DNA of 20,000 nucleotides from an uncultured virus (IMG/VR IMGVR_UViG_3300043419_000665) (IMGVR_UViG_3300043419_000665:53785-73784); one strand, 5' to 3'. Positions 8,600 to 17,333 are shown, counted from the stretch's first letter. The notes: generated from the sequence alone by a model not told the origin. A program made the numbers and translations.

Positions 8600-9556
8600 G
8601 TTTTTATATATTGGCTTTAAATAATCTTTTGATTCAAAATCAAGGTTCATTTCTTTTTGTAAAGCCCTATATTCCTCAACATGATTTTGTAATCCGTAAA
8701 CCCCAAGATCTTTTAAATGAAACAAACTGTTCAGTCTAAGCCTTGCAGATTTGTCCCTTAAATGCCAAGTTGTGTTGTCTTGCCAATGGAATCCGCCTCT
8801 TTTGCCATTATCTCTATCATAGTTTGTGTATATTGCATTTATTGCTGGTGCAACTAAATTAACACCTTGGACAGATAAACGAATCCCAAGACTTATCTCT
8901 TCTCCAAGAAAATATAAATATGGATCATAGGGTGCTTTCATAAACGACTTTACTGATCCAAAAGCAAAGTTTGCAGCAAAACCATAAACTTTATCTCCAT
9001 ACTCAAGATCCTCTATGTCATTCCATCTTAAAAGATAAACGAATTCTTCTTCATCCCACACAGCATCTACCTTATGCATAGATTCATTTTCTGTATTAAT
9101 AATATCTTTTGAGTTTCCGTTTTCATCCCACTCTTTTGTAAATCCATGTGGATATTTTGTAAATATGTAGTCTGTACCCCACTTTACAGAGCATTTAACA
9201 TATTCTAAAATTAACATTTCATCCCAATCCTGTTTTGCTCTTGAGTGAGAGTCTGTGTGAAGAAAGTATTTATATTTTTCTGATAAAAGAGAGTTTGCTA
9301 GGTGTCTTCCAGAGCATGCTCCGTCTGCTAATCTATAATCAATTTGCTGATAAGAAATTTGTTCAGATGGAATAAAAGAAAAATCAAAGTCTATTTCTTC
9401 TCCCTCGTGTGAAACTAAAGAAAAAAATAGCCTATCTTTATGTTTTGCTTTTTCATAAAAACTTTTAACTGTATTTATTAAATCTGGATCTCTATATCCA
9501 GCAAGGCTTACAAAAATTTTATCCATATCATTATCATCCATTTCTATTTCATCCAA
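8597..9556 (-). CDS. GT60-family (Gnt1-like) polypeptide GlcNAc transferase
   Basis: IFVSLAGYRD, FLHTDSHSR...WD (DSH motif), AANFAFG, PYDPYLYFLGEE match the Skp1 hydroxyproline GlcNAc-transferase family pattern. Confidence 0.8.
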   Translation of the reverse strand: MDEIEMDDNDMDKIFVSLAGYRDPDLINTVKSFYEKAKHKDRLFFSLVSHEGEEIDFDFSFIPSEQISYQQIDYRLADGACSGRHLANSLLSEKYKYFLHTDSHSRAKQDWDEMLILEYVKCSVKWGTDYIFTKYPHGFTKEWDENGNSKDIINTENESMHKVDAVWDEEEFVYLLRWNDIEDLEYGDKVYGFAANFAFGSVKSFMKAPYDPYLYFLGEEISLGIRLSVQGVNLVAPAINAIYTNYDRDNGKRGGFHWQDNTTWHLRDKSARLRLNSLFHLKDLGVYGLQNHVEEYRALQKEMNLDFESKDYLKPIYKN

Positions 9557-10149
9557 CTAACTACTGCATACCTTGTTCCATCCACAACCTCAGATACTGA
9601 ATGATTATAAACATAAGTTGATGGAAATATAATCATTTGATTGGCTTTTGGTTTAAAAGTTATATCAAAGCGAGGAAAATTAATTTCTCCTCCTGTATAG
9701 TTATCATTTAAATAGTAAACTGTAGACATCCTCCTGTGATAAGATGGATGATCGTCAATATGGTTTAAAAAGTGCTGACCTTTTCCATATTTTAGAATAC
9801 CGTACATGTCGTGCCACTCATGGACTACACCAAAAGAACTTTCATAATCTTTTTCAAGTGGGTCAAAATGTTGAAAAAATATATTGTTTAAATTTGTAAA
9901 AAATGCATCAGAAAAATTTGTTGCTTCTAATTCTACAACTCCACCAAGATACTGAACTCCAACAGTCTGTGTATCTCTTATTTTAGGATTTTTCATTGAA
10001 TCTTCACCTACCCCTGATTTTACCCTAGCCTCGTTCCAACTCAGTCCCGCTGAAGCCAAACCTTCTTCTATATCGTTATACAAGTTTTTACTGTCAGGAA
10101 TAACATCGCTATATACAATTATTCCTGGGGCAATCTCTTCTTTTATCAT
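9544..10149 (-). CDS. Prolyl 4-hydroxylase-like 2OG-Fe(II) oxygenase
   Basis: LKY..GQHFLNHID (HxD), STVYYLNDNYTGGEINFP, FPS..YNHSVSEV..GTRYAVVSW (distal His, Arg). Confidence 0.85.
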   Translation of the reverse strand: MIKEEIAPGIIVYSDVIPDSKNLYNDIEEGLASAGLSWNEARVKSGVGEDSMKNPKIRDTQTVGVQYLGGVVELEATNFSDAFFTNLNNIFFQHFDPLEKDYESSFGVVHEWHDMYGILKYGKGQHFLNHIDDHPSYHRRMSTVYYLNDNYTGGEINFPRFDITFKPKANQMIIFPSTYVYNHSVSEVVDGTRYAVVSWMK

Positions 10150-10150
10150 T

Positions 10151-10396
10151 TTACCATTTTCCTAAAGGACATGTTGCCTTTTGTAGTTTAGTTTTTGCAG
10201 ACATAAAGCAACCACATTTTTTGCATTGTGTTGTTAGTTTGATTAATTCTGGACATGACTTACAAATAGAGTACCTAGATGAAGATAAGCCCTCATCTGC
10301 CCATTCTGTATTTGGATTAACTAAATCTAAAGGACTAACAGAAGAGTTTTTATTATTTTCAATTATTTCTTTAATTTTTTCTATCCTGCTAGCCAT
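10151..10396 (-). CDS. Small Cys-rich putative Zn-binding protein (DUF6171-like)
   Basis: R..IC..C...QCKKCGCF..AK......CPLGKW; own TGGTAGAAT -10 at 10422-30. Confidence 0.75.
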   Translation of the reverse strand: MASRIEKIKEIIENNKNSSVSPLDLVNPNTEWADEGLSSSRYSICKSCPELIKLTTQCKKCGCFMSAKTKLQKATCPLGKW

Positions 10397-10435
10397 TTTT
10401 TCCCTATCTCTTGTAACAACAATTCTACCACAAAA

Positions 10436-12442
10436 CTAAGCCTCAGTTAAACCACCAGGGCTTGGTGCGGGTGCAGGTGCTGGTGCGGGTGCTGGTGCGG
10501 GTGCTGGTGCGGGTGCAGGTGCAGGTGCAGGTGCTGGTGCGGGTGCTGGTGCGGGTGCTGGTGCTGGTGCGGGTGCTGGTGCTGGTGCGGGTGCTGGTGT
10601 TGGAGACGATCCTTGTGCTGGTGGGCAGTAGTCACCTACACATATGTATTCTCCATAACCAGCACAATAGAATGTTTGACATGGTGCAGGTGTTGGCGTT
10701 GGTGTTGGAGTTGGTGTTGGAGTTGGTGTTGGTGTTGGTGTTGGTGTTGGTGTTGGTGTTGGTGTTGGTGTTGGTGCGGGTGCTGGTGCGGGTGCTGGTG
10801 CTGGTGTTGGTGCAGGGCATTGACAAATACCATTACAGTCTATTGTACCTAAACATCCATCTGGACCTGGGCATGATTGTCCTTGGTTTGGACTACAAGG
10901 TGTTGGTGTTGGGGTCGGTGTAGGTGTTGGGGTAGGTGTTGGGGTCGGTGTAGGTGTTGGGGTCGGTGTAGGTGTTGGGGTAGGTGTTGGGGTAGGTGTT
11001 GGGGTAGGGGTAGGTGTAGGGGTAGGGGTAGGTGTTGGGGTAGGTGTAGGGGTAGGGGTAGGTGTTGGGGTAGGGGTAGGTGTTGGAGTACAACCCTGTG
11101 GAGTTGTGGTAATTCCTCCAGTTATGCCACCACCTTCTCCTGAGCAATCAGAATTTGCAAGTGAAAGTGCTTCTGCCTGTGTTCCACCACTTACCGAACC
11201 GCTAGAACCAGAAGCGCAGCACCAGTAGTAGGTTGGAACAGGCGTTGGCGTAGGTGTTGGAGTAGGTGTTGGTGTTGGTGTTGGAGTAGGTGTAGGTGTT
11301 GGTGTTGGTGTGCAACTTTGTGGAGATGTATAAATTTCTCCAGTGATTCCACCAGCATCTCCTGAACAGTTAGAGTTTGCAAGAGCAAGGGCTTGGGCCT
11401 GTGTTCCACCACTTACCGAACTGCCAGATCCATCAGCGCAGCACCAGTAGTAAGTTGGAACAGGCGTTGGTGTTGGAGTAGGCGTTGGTGTTGGTGTTGG
11501 TGTTGGTGTTGGTGTAGGCGTTGGTGTTGGTGTTGGAGTTGGTGTTGGAGTTGGTGTTGGAGTTGGAGTAGGTGTTGGAGTTGGAGTAGGTGAAGGAGTT
11601 GGAGTAGGTGAAGGAGTAGGTGTAGGGGTAGGAGTTGGAGTCGGTGTTGGCGTTGGTGTTGGTGTTGGTGTTGGTGTTGGTGTTGGCGTTGGTGTTGGTG
11701 TTGGTGTTGGAGTAGGTGAAGATGCACCTTCATAAATATCTCCATAAGCAATCCAAGAATTTGCTGCAACCTTTAGTAAGGTTACTTGTCCATATTGTTC
11801 ATCAATAAACATTTGTCCATTTTTGCTATTAATTGTTACGCCTGATGCTGGAACAAAAGTTGTGACTCCTGATCCAATTTCAATTAAGTTGTATCTGTAT
11901 CCAACTGGAATTGCTATTGAAGAATTTGACGGTACAGTTAAAATCATTGTTGAAGAAGTATTAAGAAGAATAGTCTTGCTAACATCAAGTGGATCCAATG
12001 TAAAACCAGTTGTCTTTGTTATAACTGTTCCAACATTTAAAATTTGTGGTTCAACATCAAATCTTTCATCACTAGAGTTCCAGTCAAGTCCTGTTCCAGC
12101 AAGATCTGAATAAGCCCCTGTTGCGCCATCGATAGCGCTACTAATTGCTGAATTAACATACTGTGTTGTTGCAAGATTTGCTGTATTTGCTATGCCGTGG
12201 ACATTTTGTGTTAATGCAGCATGTGTAGAGTCTGCATTGGCTAAAGTTTTAAGGTGTCCTGCAACTGATTTTGTATTGATTCCGTTTGCTGTTCCAAGAT
12301 TATTATCTGTTGGTATTACTGTTGATCCATAATGGTAAAGTCTTAAGGCTTCCTGAATATCTGCTGCATCTTCATAGCCAGGTATCTTGGTTGGGTATAA
12401 CCCAGAGCCATTTTCCGTATCATCAATAAATTCAGCAGCCAT
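10436..12442 (-). CDS. Virion fibre with extended (PT)n/(PA)n stalks and Cys-rich modules
   Basis: N-terminal ~240 aa shares HGIANT and GTGLDWN...RFD motifs with the 717-aa fibre; remainder is PT/PA tracts punctuated by Cys modules. Confidence 0.8.
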   Translation of the reverse strand: MAAEFIDDTENGSGLYPTKIPGYEDAADIQEALRLYHYGSTVIPTDNNLGTANGINTKSVAGHLKTLANADSTHAALTQNVHGIANTANLATTQYVNSAISSAIDGATGAYSDLAGTGLDWNSSDERFDVEPQILNVGTVITKTTGFTLDPLDVSKTILLNTSSTMILTVPSNSSIAIPVGYRYNLIEIGSGVTTFVPASGVTINSKNGQMFIDEQYGQVTLLKVAANSWIAYGDIYEGASSPTPTPTPTPTPTPTPTPTPTPTPTPTPTPTPTPTPSPTPTPSPTPTPTPTPTPTPTPTPTPTPTPTPTPTPTPTPTPTPTPTPTPVPTYYWCCADGSGSSVSGGTQAQALALANSNCSGDAGGITGEIYTSPQSCTPTPTPTPTPTPTPTPTPTPTPTPVPTYYWCCASGSSGSVSGGTQAEALSLANSDCSGEGGGITGGITTTPQGCTPTPTPTPTPTPTPTPTPTPTPTPTPTPTPTPTPTPTPTPTPTPTPTPTPTPTPTPTPTPTPTPCSPNQGQSCPGPDGCLGTIDCNGICQCPAPTPAPAPAPAPAPTPTPTPTPTPTPTPTPTPTPTPTPTPTPAPCQTFYCAGYGEYICVGDYCPPAQGSSPTPAPAPAPAPAPAPAPAPAPAPAPAPAPAPAPAPAPAPAPAPAPAPSPGGLTEA
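10460..11717 (-). repeat. Coding CCA-ACA / CCA-GCA hexamer repeats (PT, PA) with duplicated ~50-aa Cys module
   Basis: GGTGTT/GGTGCT arrays with synonymous wobble variation; [30 protein letters not shown] twice. Confidence 0.9.
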
Positions 12443-12461
12443 TACATATCACCATCTTAGA

Positions 12462-13049
12462 TTATACCACCGTAATTAGGAAATGAACATATGCTGTTTC
12501 GTTTAGTCCAGTCCACACCCCTTCAGAAAACTCAACGGCACGAATGTTAATTGGAAGTATGACATCACCAGTACCAGCCTGAATTGTTATTGGATTTATA
12601 GATATTGAGTGTGCGATAGGATTTTCGGGGTGTGAAAAGGTGCACTGAATATTAAAATTTTGTTCTGTTAAACCACTAATAAGACTCATAGGAACAATGT
12701 TAGAAACCTTAAAATCTACAGGGTCAGTAGCCTGTCCATTTGTAAAAGAAACCTGTCTGATTACGCTGAACTTGTCCGTCATTAACTTAGAAGTTTGAAC
12801 CCATGTATTTACTCCTCCTTGACTCACATATTGATATAGGACAAGATAATCTTCATCTGTTGCCTGTACGTTTATATATAGGTCAAGAAGTTGTAATGTA
12901 ACAGAATGTGATATTGTGTTTGGATCTCCGTATCCTACAAGAAAAAGGTTTCCTCTGTCTCCTTGTGGACCAAAATCTACATTTACTTGAACATCAGTTG
13001 TGCCACCAATTACCTTAACATCGTCAGGTGATACAAAAATGTTTGTCAT
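12462..13049 (-). CDS. Virion structural protein (hypothetical)
   Basis: Start re-assigned to ATG 13049 (ATGA overlap with upstream stop); short GPQGDRG collagen-like motif. Confidence 0.65.
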   Translation of the reverse strand: MTNIFVSPDDVKVIGGTTDVQVNVDFGPQGDRGNLFLVGYGDPNTISHSVTLQLLDLYINVQATDEDYLVLYQYVSQGGVNTWVQTSKLMTDKFSVIRQVSFTNGQATDPVDFKVSNIVPMSLISGLTEQNFNIQCTFSHPENPIAHSISINPITIQAGTGDVILPINIRAVEFSEGVWTGLNETAYVHFLITVV

Positions 13050-14146
13050 TGTGCCGTCCACTTGGCATAAAGTGTTATTGGTCCATATGGAGACTGTGGA
13101 ATATAAGATGCACTTGTAACTTGAATTCCAGAACCAGCAGGTCCTGTAAACCATCCACCAAATACATGTCCTGTTCTAATTGGCGGTGTTGTTGGAATCA
13201 AAGCGACTGATTCTCCTTGAACATAAGATGTTGAACCACCAGAATATGTAGTTGTTGCGCTTTGATCATCGTATGAAACTAAATATGTTCTAACCCATTT
13301 TGCATAAAGGATGACAGGGCCATATGGGAATGCTGGTGCATAAGATCCGTTAGTAACTTGTACTCCAGATCCTGCTGGACCAGTAAACCATCCACGGAAT
13401 GCGTGACTTGTTCTAATTGGATCAACAGTTGGTAATGTTGAAATTGCAGATCCAGGAGTGTAGGAAAGTATTCCGCCACTATGGTTTGTTGTTGCACTTT
13501 GATTATCGTATGCAACAGTATTTACTACCCACTTTGGATAAAGTTTTATGTCTGTATTAAAAGAAGAAATTGTTCCAGTTGGTAAGTAGTTTAAGCCATT
13601 TCCATCTGATGCAGTGTTCCAACCAGCAAGATAATAACCAGTTCTTGAAAGAGTTCCTAAGCCTTTTAAGGTAACTGTTGCATTTGGAAGATACGTAGCA
13701 TTATCTACTGGGGCTTCTCCAGATGTAGCGTTTGTATTGTAATATATTACACGATATTTAGGAATTTCATTATTAGTTCTTCCAACACGCTGAGTGACAT
13801 CGTCTGTCACTGAAATAGATCCAGTCAAAAGAGTAAAAACTTTGTCATATGTTGATGTTCCTTGAGCATAAATTTGAACATCATAAACATAAGTTATGTC
13901 TGACCCCATATCTGCACCATTTTCAGGAGTAATGGCACAGGTAATATATGTTCCGCTACCGTCAATTGAGGCATGTCCAAAAAGTGTTGTTGTTGGGTCT
14001 CCACCACGCTCTGTAGCAATTGTAAATGTGGCATTGCTGTAATCGTTTAATTGAAAAATAGATCCATCAGTCTTTTGAGGGTAGATTTTAAACTCATAGG
14101 TGTCACCCTTATAGTAATTTATATTAAGTTCTCCTGGAAATGCCAT
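13046..14146 (-). CDS. RGDT beta-sandwich domain fused to three InlB B-repeat (Listeria-Bacteroides repeat) domains
   Basis: YKGDT...YDVQI...TGSISVTDDVT, then 3x Y...(P)xRTG/S..F/LxGW.T...G...LYxKW; start re-assigned to 14146 by leaderless promoter. Confidence 0.75.
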   Translation of the reverse strand: MAFPGELNINYYKGDTYEFKIYPQKTDGSIFQLNDYSNATFTIATERGGDPTTTLFGHASIDGSGTYITCAITPENGADMGSDITYVYDVQIYAQGTSTYDKVFTLLTGSISVTDDVTQRVGRTNNEIPKYRVIYYNTNATSGEAPVDNATYLPNATVTLKGLGTLSRTGYYLAGWNTASDGNGLNYLPTGTISSFNTDIKLYPKWVVNTVAYDNQSATTNHSGGILSYTPGSAISTLPTVDPIRTSHAFRGWFTGPAGSGVQVTNGSYAPAFPYGPVILYAKWVRTYLVSYDDQSATTTYSGGSTSYVQGESVALIPTTPPIRTGHVFGGWFTGPAGSGIQVTSASYIPQSPYGPITLYAKWTAQ

Positions 14147-14153
14147 GCTTTTA

Positions 14154-14894
14154 TTATACCACGCTGACATAGACAGAATTGAAAATTACGGAGGCATCAA
14201 AGTCTGTTCTTATTTGAGGAACTGCACCATTGCCCCACATTAAATAGTCTTCTATAAAAATATGCTGGGTAGCAGAAAGGACATATGTTCCTTGGTATTT
14301 AAAAGATCCTAATAATTGAACAAACTCCTTATCCTTGCTCTTAAAATATGTTCTTAGCCAAACCTCTGTGTTAGGTGTATAGGTGGTTAGTTCAAAGTTG
14401 TATGTTACAAATACTTGGGAACCTTCTTTTATGCCGTGAAAGTTTAAGGCTCTCTGGTGACTGTTCCAAAGGCTAGTGCAATCTTTTGGAAGATACTTTT
14501 CATTTTGGTTTTTATCCTTTGTGTCAAGTAGAAGAGTTACCCATCCATCGTCACCTTGAGAGATGCCTAATTTGATTGGTTTTTCTAATGCGTTTGTATA
14601 TGAGGCCCATCCTGCTTGCTGACCTGAAGAAGATAAAGAACTTAGACCGTCTTTGCCTGCTGGACCTCTATCTCCTTTTGGTCCTGCTTTTCCTTCTTGA
14701 CCCTGGTCTCCTTGTTTACCGTCTTTACCATCTTTGCCATCTCTACCTGCGGGTCCTTGTGGTCCAACTGGGCCAGGGACAGGAAGAAAAGATAAAGTGT
14801 TATCTTGAAATCCAGCAGATTGACTCTGCTCTACCTGTGCAGCATAAGAAGATTTTTTTGCACTTGGAAAGTCCATAGATTTAGAAGCAGCCAT
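14154..14894 (-). CDS. Collagen-like (Gly-X-Y) protein with C-terminal globular domain
   Basis: ~14 GXY triplets GPVGPQGPAGRDGKDG...GPAGKDG. Confidence 0.8.
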   Translation of the reverse strand: MAASKSMDFPSAKKSSYAAQVEQSQSAGFQDNTLSFLPVPGPVGPQGPAGRDGKDGKDGKQGDQGQEGKAGPKGDRGPAGKDGLSSLSSSGQQAGWASYTNALEKPIKLGISQGDDGWVTLLLDTKDKNQNEKYLPKDCTSLWNSHQRALNFHGIKEGSQVFVTYNFELTTYTPNTEVWLRTYFKSKDKEFVQLLGSFKYQGTYVLSATQHIFIEDYLMWGNGAVPQIRTDFDASVIFNSVYVSVV

Positions 14895-14914
14895 ATGGAC
14901 ATTATCTCACAGTA

Positions 14915-15001
14915 TTATTTATTTACTTTAAAAGTTTTGTTTTTAATTCTAATTATTGGTGGCAACTCAGGTCTTGGAGTTGTAACTTTTACTACTGCCA
15001 T
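14915..15001 (-). CDS. 28-aa basic microprotein MAVVKVTTPRPELPPIIRIKNKTFKVNK (not in ORF track)
   Basis: ATG overlaps upstream stop (TAATG); fills the gap before next promoter. Confidence 0.55.
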   Translation of the reverse strand: MAVVKVTTPRPELPPIIRIKNKTFKVNK

Positions 15002-15381
15002 TATAGGCTTCCTGTAACATCCCCTATTACAGAGATAGTTCCAATCAGAGGTGTCCAGACTGTTTCTCCATCAATAGTTATCTGAAGGTCAAAAGTTAAC
15101 TCTGTAACAACTGATTTAAATCCAGTTCCCCATAAGGAAGTAACTGATGCTGGGGCCATGATATCTACATATCCTTCTCCAGGTGTAATTTCCAGGGAAT
15201 CAAGAGTATCAGACTGAGGATCATAAGAAGTAGCCTCATAAGTCCAATCAGATGTATCAAAATATGTTACTTCGTCATCCTGCAAGAATTCAACACGTAG
15301 CGGAGAGGTGTCTCCTCTTACAATATTCCATTTGATGCGAGCAGGATCTGCTCCAAATATTTCAGGTGAACAAAGACTCAT
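15001..15381 (-). CDS. Beta-sandwich virion protein (RGDT family paralog)
   Basis: IVRGDT...FDLQI...VWTPLIGTISVIGDVT; leaderless promoter. Confidence 0.65.
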   Translation of the reverse strand: MSLCSPEIFGADPARIKWNIVRGDTSPLRVEFLQDDEVTYFDTSDWTYEATSYDPQSDTLDSLEITPGEGYVDIMAPASVTSLWGTGFKSVVTELTFDLQITIDGETVWTPLIGTISVIGDVTGSL

Positions 15382-15397
15382 ATTGAGATTATACCAT

Positions 15398-15456
15398 AAA
15401 AAAATGACTAGTACTCAGGCTGGTGGGTATGAAAGACAAACCAGAGTACTAGTCAA
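15398..15456 (-). ncRNA. Candidate ~58-nt small RNA or large terminator hairpin
   Basis: TGATATAAT at 15462-70, 12-bp perfect stem TGACTAGTACTC/GAGTACTAGTCA, then T7. Confidence 0.5.
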
Positions 15457-15655
15457 TATAAATTATATCATATCAGGACAATACGGACATCTATATAAAA
15501 AGTTATCAAATTGTTATTGTCTATAATGTCCGTTTTATACTGGTTTGTAGTAAATCATCAGAAATGGGGATAGTGTATACTTAAAATATATAAGAAAAAA
15601 GAACTATCTTTAAGGTTTGTTTTTAAAAGATATATTATATATAGTATATAGGAAA

Positions 15656-15922
15656 CTACTTATTGTTTTTAGCAATATGCTCAATTAGAATTTTATACAT
15701 TTCGTCAAGTTTTTTCTCTTGTCTATCTCGTGACATTATAGAGTCAACTCTTTGATCTTCAACAGCATCTTCAAGTCTATTAATTTGGTCTTTTAGTGAT
15801 GATCCACCATTGGTTTTAAGTTCGCTTAAATAATGTTTTACGAGCCACTTGATTGCAAGACCAAGAGATGATACAATTGTAAGTATTGCTACGATTAACG
15901 AAGCCCAGTCCTGGATTGTCAT
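15656..15922 (-). CDS. Single-TM membrane protein, holin-like
   Basis: N-terminal TM (WASLIVAILTIVSSLGLAIKW) followed by ELKTNGGSSLKDQINRLE coiled coil typical of actinophage lysis-associated membrane proteins. Confidence 0.6.
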   Translation of the reverse strand: MTIQDWASLIVAILTIVSSLGLAIKWLVKHYLSELKTNGGSSLKDQINRLEDAVEDQRVDSIMSRDRQEKKLDEMYKILIEHIAKNNK

Positions 15923-15954
15923 AACTAGATTATTATAAGGGGTATTTTAATAAA

Positions 15955-16725
15955 ATGAAAACAGACATACTTGACACGCTGGAGTATTCCAAGAATTTGA
16001 TTATATCCCCCGACATGGATGGTTTTATGACCGCAAAATTATTGGAGCGTTTTAACGGTTCGAAAATAGTGGGTTCGTACGACAAAAACATCTTGTGTCT
16101 CGCCGACGGGATCAATCCAGAAGAATGCTTGTTCGTCGATTGCGATATGAATCGACAAGAGTATGTTTCACTCGGAAATCATATGCGCTTACTTGAAGAC
16201 AATATGTCAGTCGAGTCGTTTAACCCAAATGTTCATTTCGGCGTGACGACATATACTGACAAGTTCCCTTATGCAACCGCTTTTTTGATTTCGTTCGCAA
16301 CAGAGGTTCAAACCTCCGACTCTGACCTTATACGCATGGCTTTCGCTGACTCAACTCTAAGAAATATGGAGAAGTACAGCGATAACATGCGAAATTGGTC
16401 TACACGGATGGATCATCCTGCAGTAAAGTACATAACAGACAATTCGGACATTGCAAAAAGAAATGATGCACAAGCAAGGTTTGATTATGTTGATCAATCA
16501 TTTACATCTAAACGTTATGGCAAGGAAAGATATTTAGATACCCTAAACAATGCCCTAGCAGGCCAGGAGATGGCTTTTGAGCCACTAGTCCAGGGTATGA
16601 AGTACATGTGCGACAAAGTTGGTATCAATACCGTCATAAGGTATAATAGAGATATAGTGTCATATGCAGAAATATTCGGAGGCGAGTATTCGGTTACATA
16701 TGATCAAGAGGTGGAATGGAAGTGA
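15955..16725 (+). CDS. DHH-like phosphoesterase (divergent)
   Basis: LIISPDMDG (DxDG), LFVDCD, LGNH, AFADST; no intact DHH triad. Confidence 0.45.
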   Translation: MKTDILDTLEYSKNLIISPDMDGFMTAKLLERFNGSKIVGSYDKNILCLADGINPEECLFVDCDMNRQEYVSLGNHMRLLEDNMSVESFNPNVHFGVTTYTDKFPYATAFLISFATEVQTSDSDLIRMAFADSTLRNMEKYSDNMRNWSTRMDHPAVKYITDNSDIAKRNDAQARFDYVDQSFTSKRYGKERYLDTLNNALAGQEMAFEPLVQGMKYMCDKVGINTVIRYNRDIVSYAEIFGGEYSVTYDQEVEWK

Positions 16726-16919
16726 GTGATGTTACATTTGGTGACTTGTTTGATCCTAATCAACCAAGATCAAATCGTGAACTCATTGAGTCCCGCCTAA
16801 AAATATGTAATGAATGTGAGTGGTTTAAAAAATCACTTCAGAAGTGCAGAAAGTGTGGATGTTTTATGAAATTAAAAACCACATTACAAGAAGCAAAATG
16901 TCCTATGGAGAAATGGTGA
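16716..16919 (+). CDS. Small Cys-rich protein, paralog of 10151-10396
   Basis: RLKICNEC...KCRKCGCFMKLKTTLQEAKCPMEKW; alternative GTG start at 16722 with GAGGTGG RBS. Confidence 0.75.
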   Translation: MEVSDVTFGDLFDPNQPRSNRELIESRLKICNECEWFKKSLQKCRKCGCFMKLKTTLQEAKCPMEKW

Positions 16920-16923
16920 GAAA

Positions 16924-17109
16924 ATGACAAGAGAAGAAGTTATCAATATAATGATAGATACTGTAAACACGTTTAATGCAAAATTGGCAAAAGAAAATGG
17001 TTTGTCAGATCAGCAGATTGCAGATACCATTGTTGCACAGAAACCATCGCTAGAGACTATGTTCGGTCTGATTTATAATGATCTTGCAGCAAAAGATGTT
17101 TTTAAGTAA
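16924..17109 (+). CDS. Hypothetical protein
   Basis: 61 aa, GGTGAG RBS, helical composition. Confidence 0.65.
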   Translation: MTREEVINIMIDTVNTFNAKLAKENGLSDQQIADTIVAQKPSLETMFGLIYNDLAAKDVFK

Positions 17110-17115
17110 AATCTA

Positions 17116-17140
17116 AAGCAAAGTCATTTTGCTTGTTTTT
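17116..17140. terminator. Weak hairpin between convergent genes
   Basis: AAGCAAA-gtcat-TTTGCTT-GTTTTT. Confidence 0.4.
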
Positions 17141-17150
17141 CTGAAAAATT

Positions 17151-17333
17151 TTATTTACCACAAGAACAACTAGCGCAACAGGTTTCTGAAAATAATTTTA
17201 CAGTCAAAGAATCATAGACGGCTGGACCCTTTGTCCAAGCCTTACGTCCTATATTGTCTGTTTCTTCCATAGGCTTTGATTCGAATTCAAAATTATCATC
17301 CCATGCGTTTTCTAGATTATCAAGTATTCCCAT
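17151..17333 (-). CDS. Hypothetical protein with C-terminal CCASCSC
   Basis: 60 aa; TGATAGAAT-N6-ATG leaderless promoter. Confidence 0.65.
   Translation of the reverse strand: MGILDNLENAWDDNFEFESKPMEETDNIGRKAWTKGPAVYDSLTVKLFSETCCASCSCGK

Noticed and set aside
10447..11769. Many HQ/VL/CW/NT-repeat ORFs
   Set aside because: Alternative frames of the PT/PA hexamer repeat; wobble variation fits only the Pro-X frame
13050..13154. N-terminal extension of the 230-aa ORF, and longer starts at 7907, 7965, 14170, 18077, 18766
   Set aside because: They overlap upstream genes or promoters; downstream ATGs have better RBS, coupling or leaderless context
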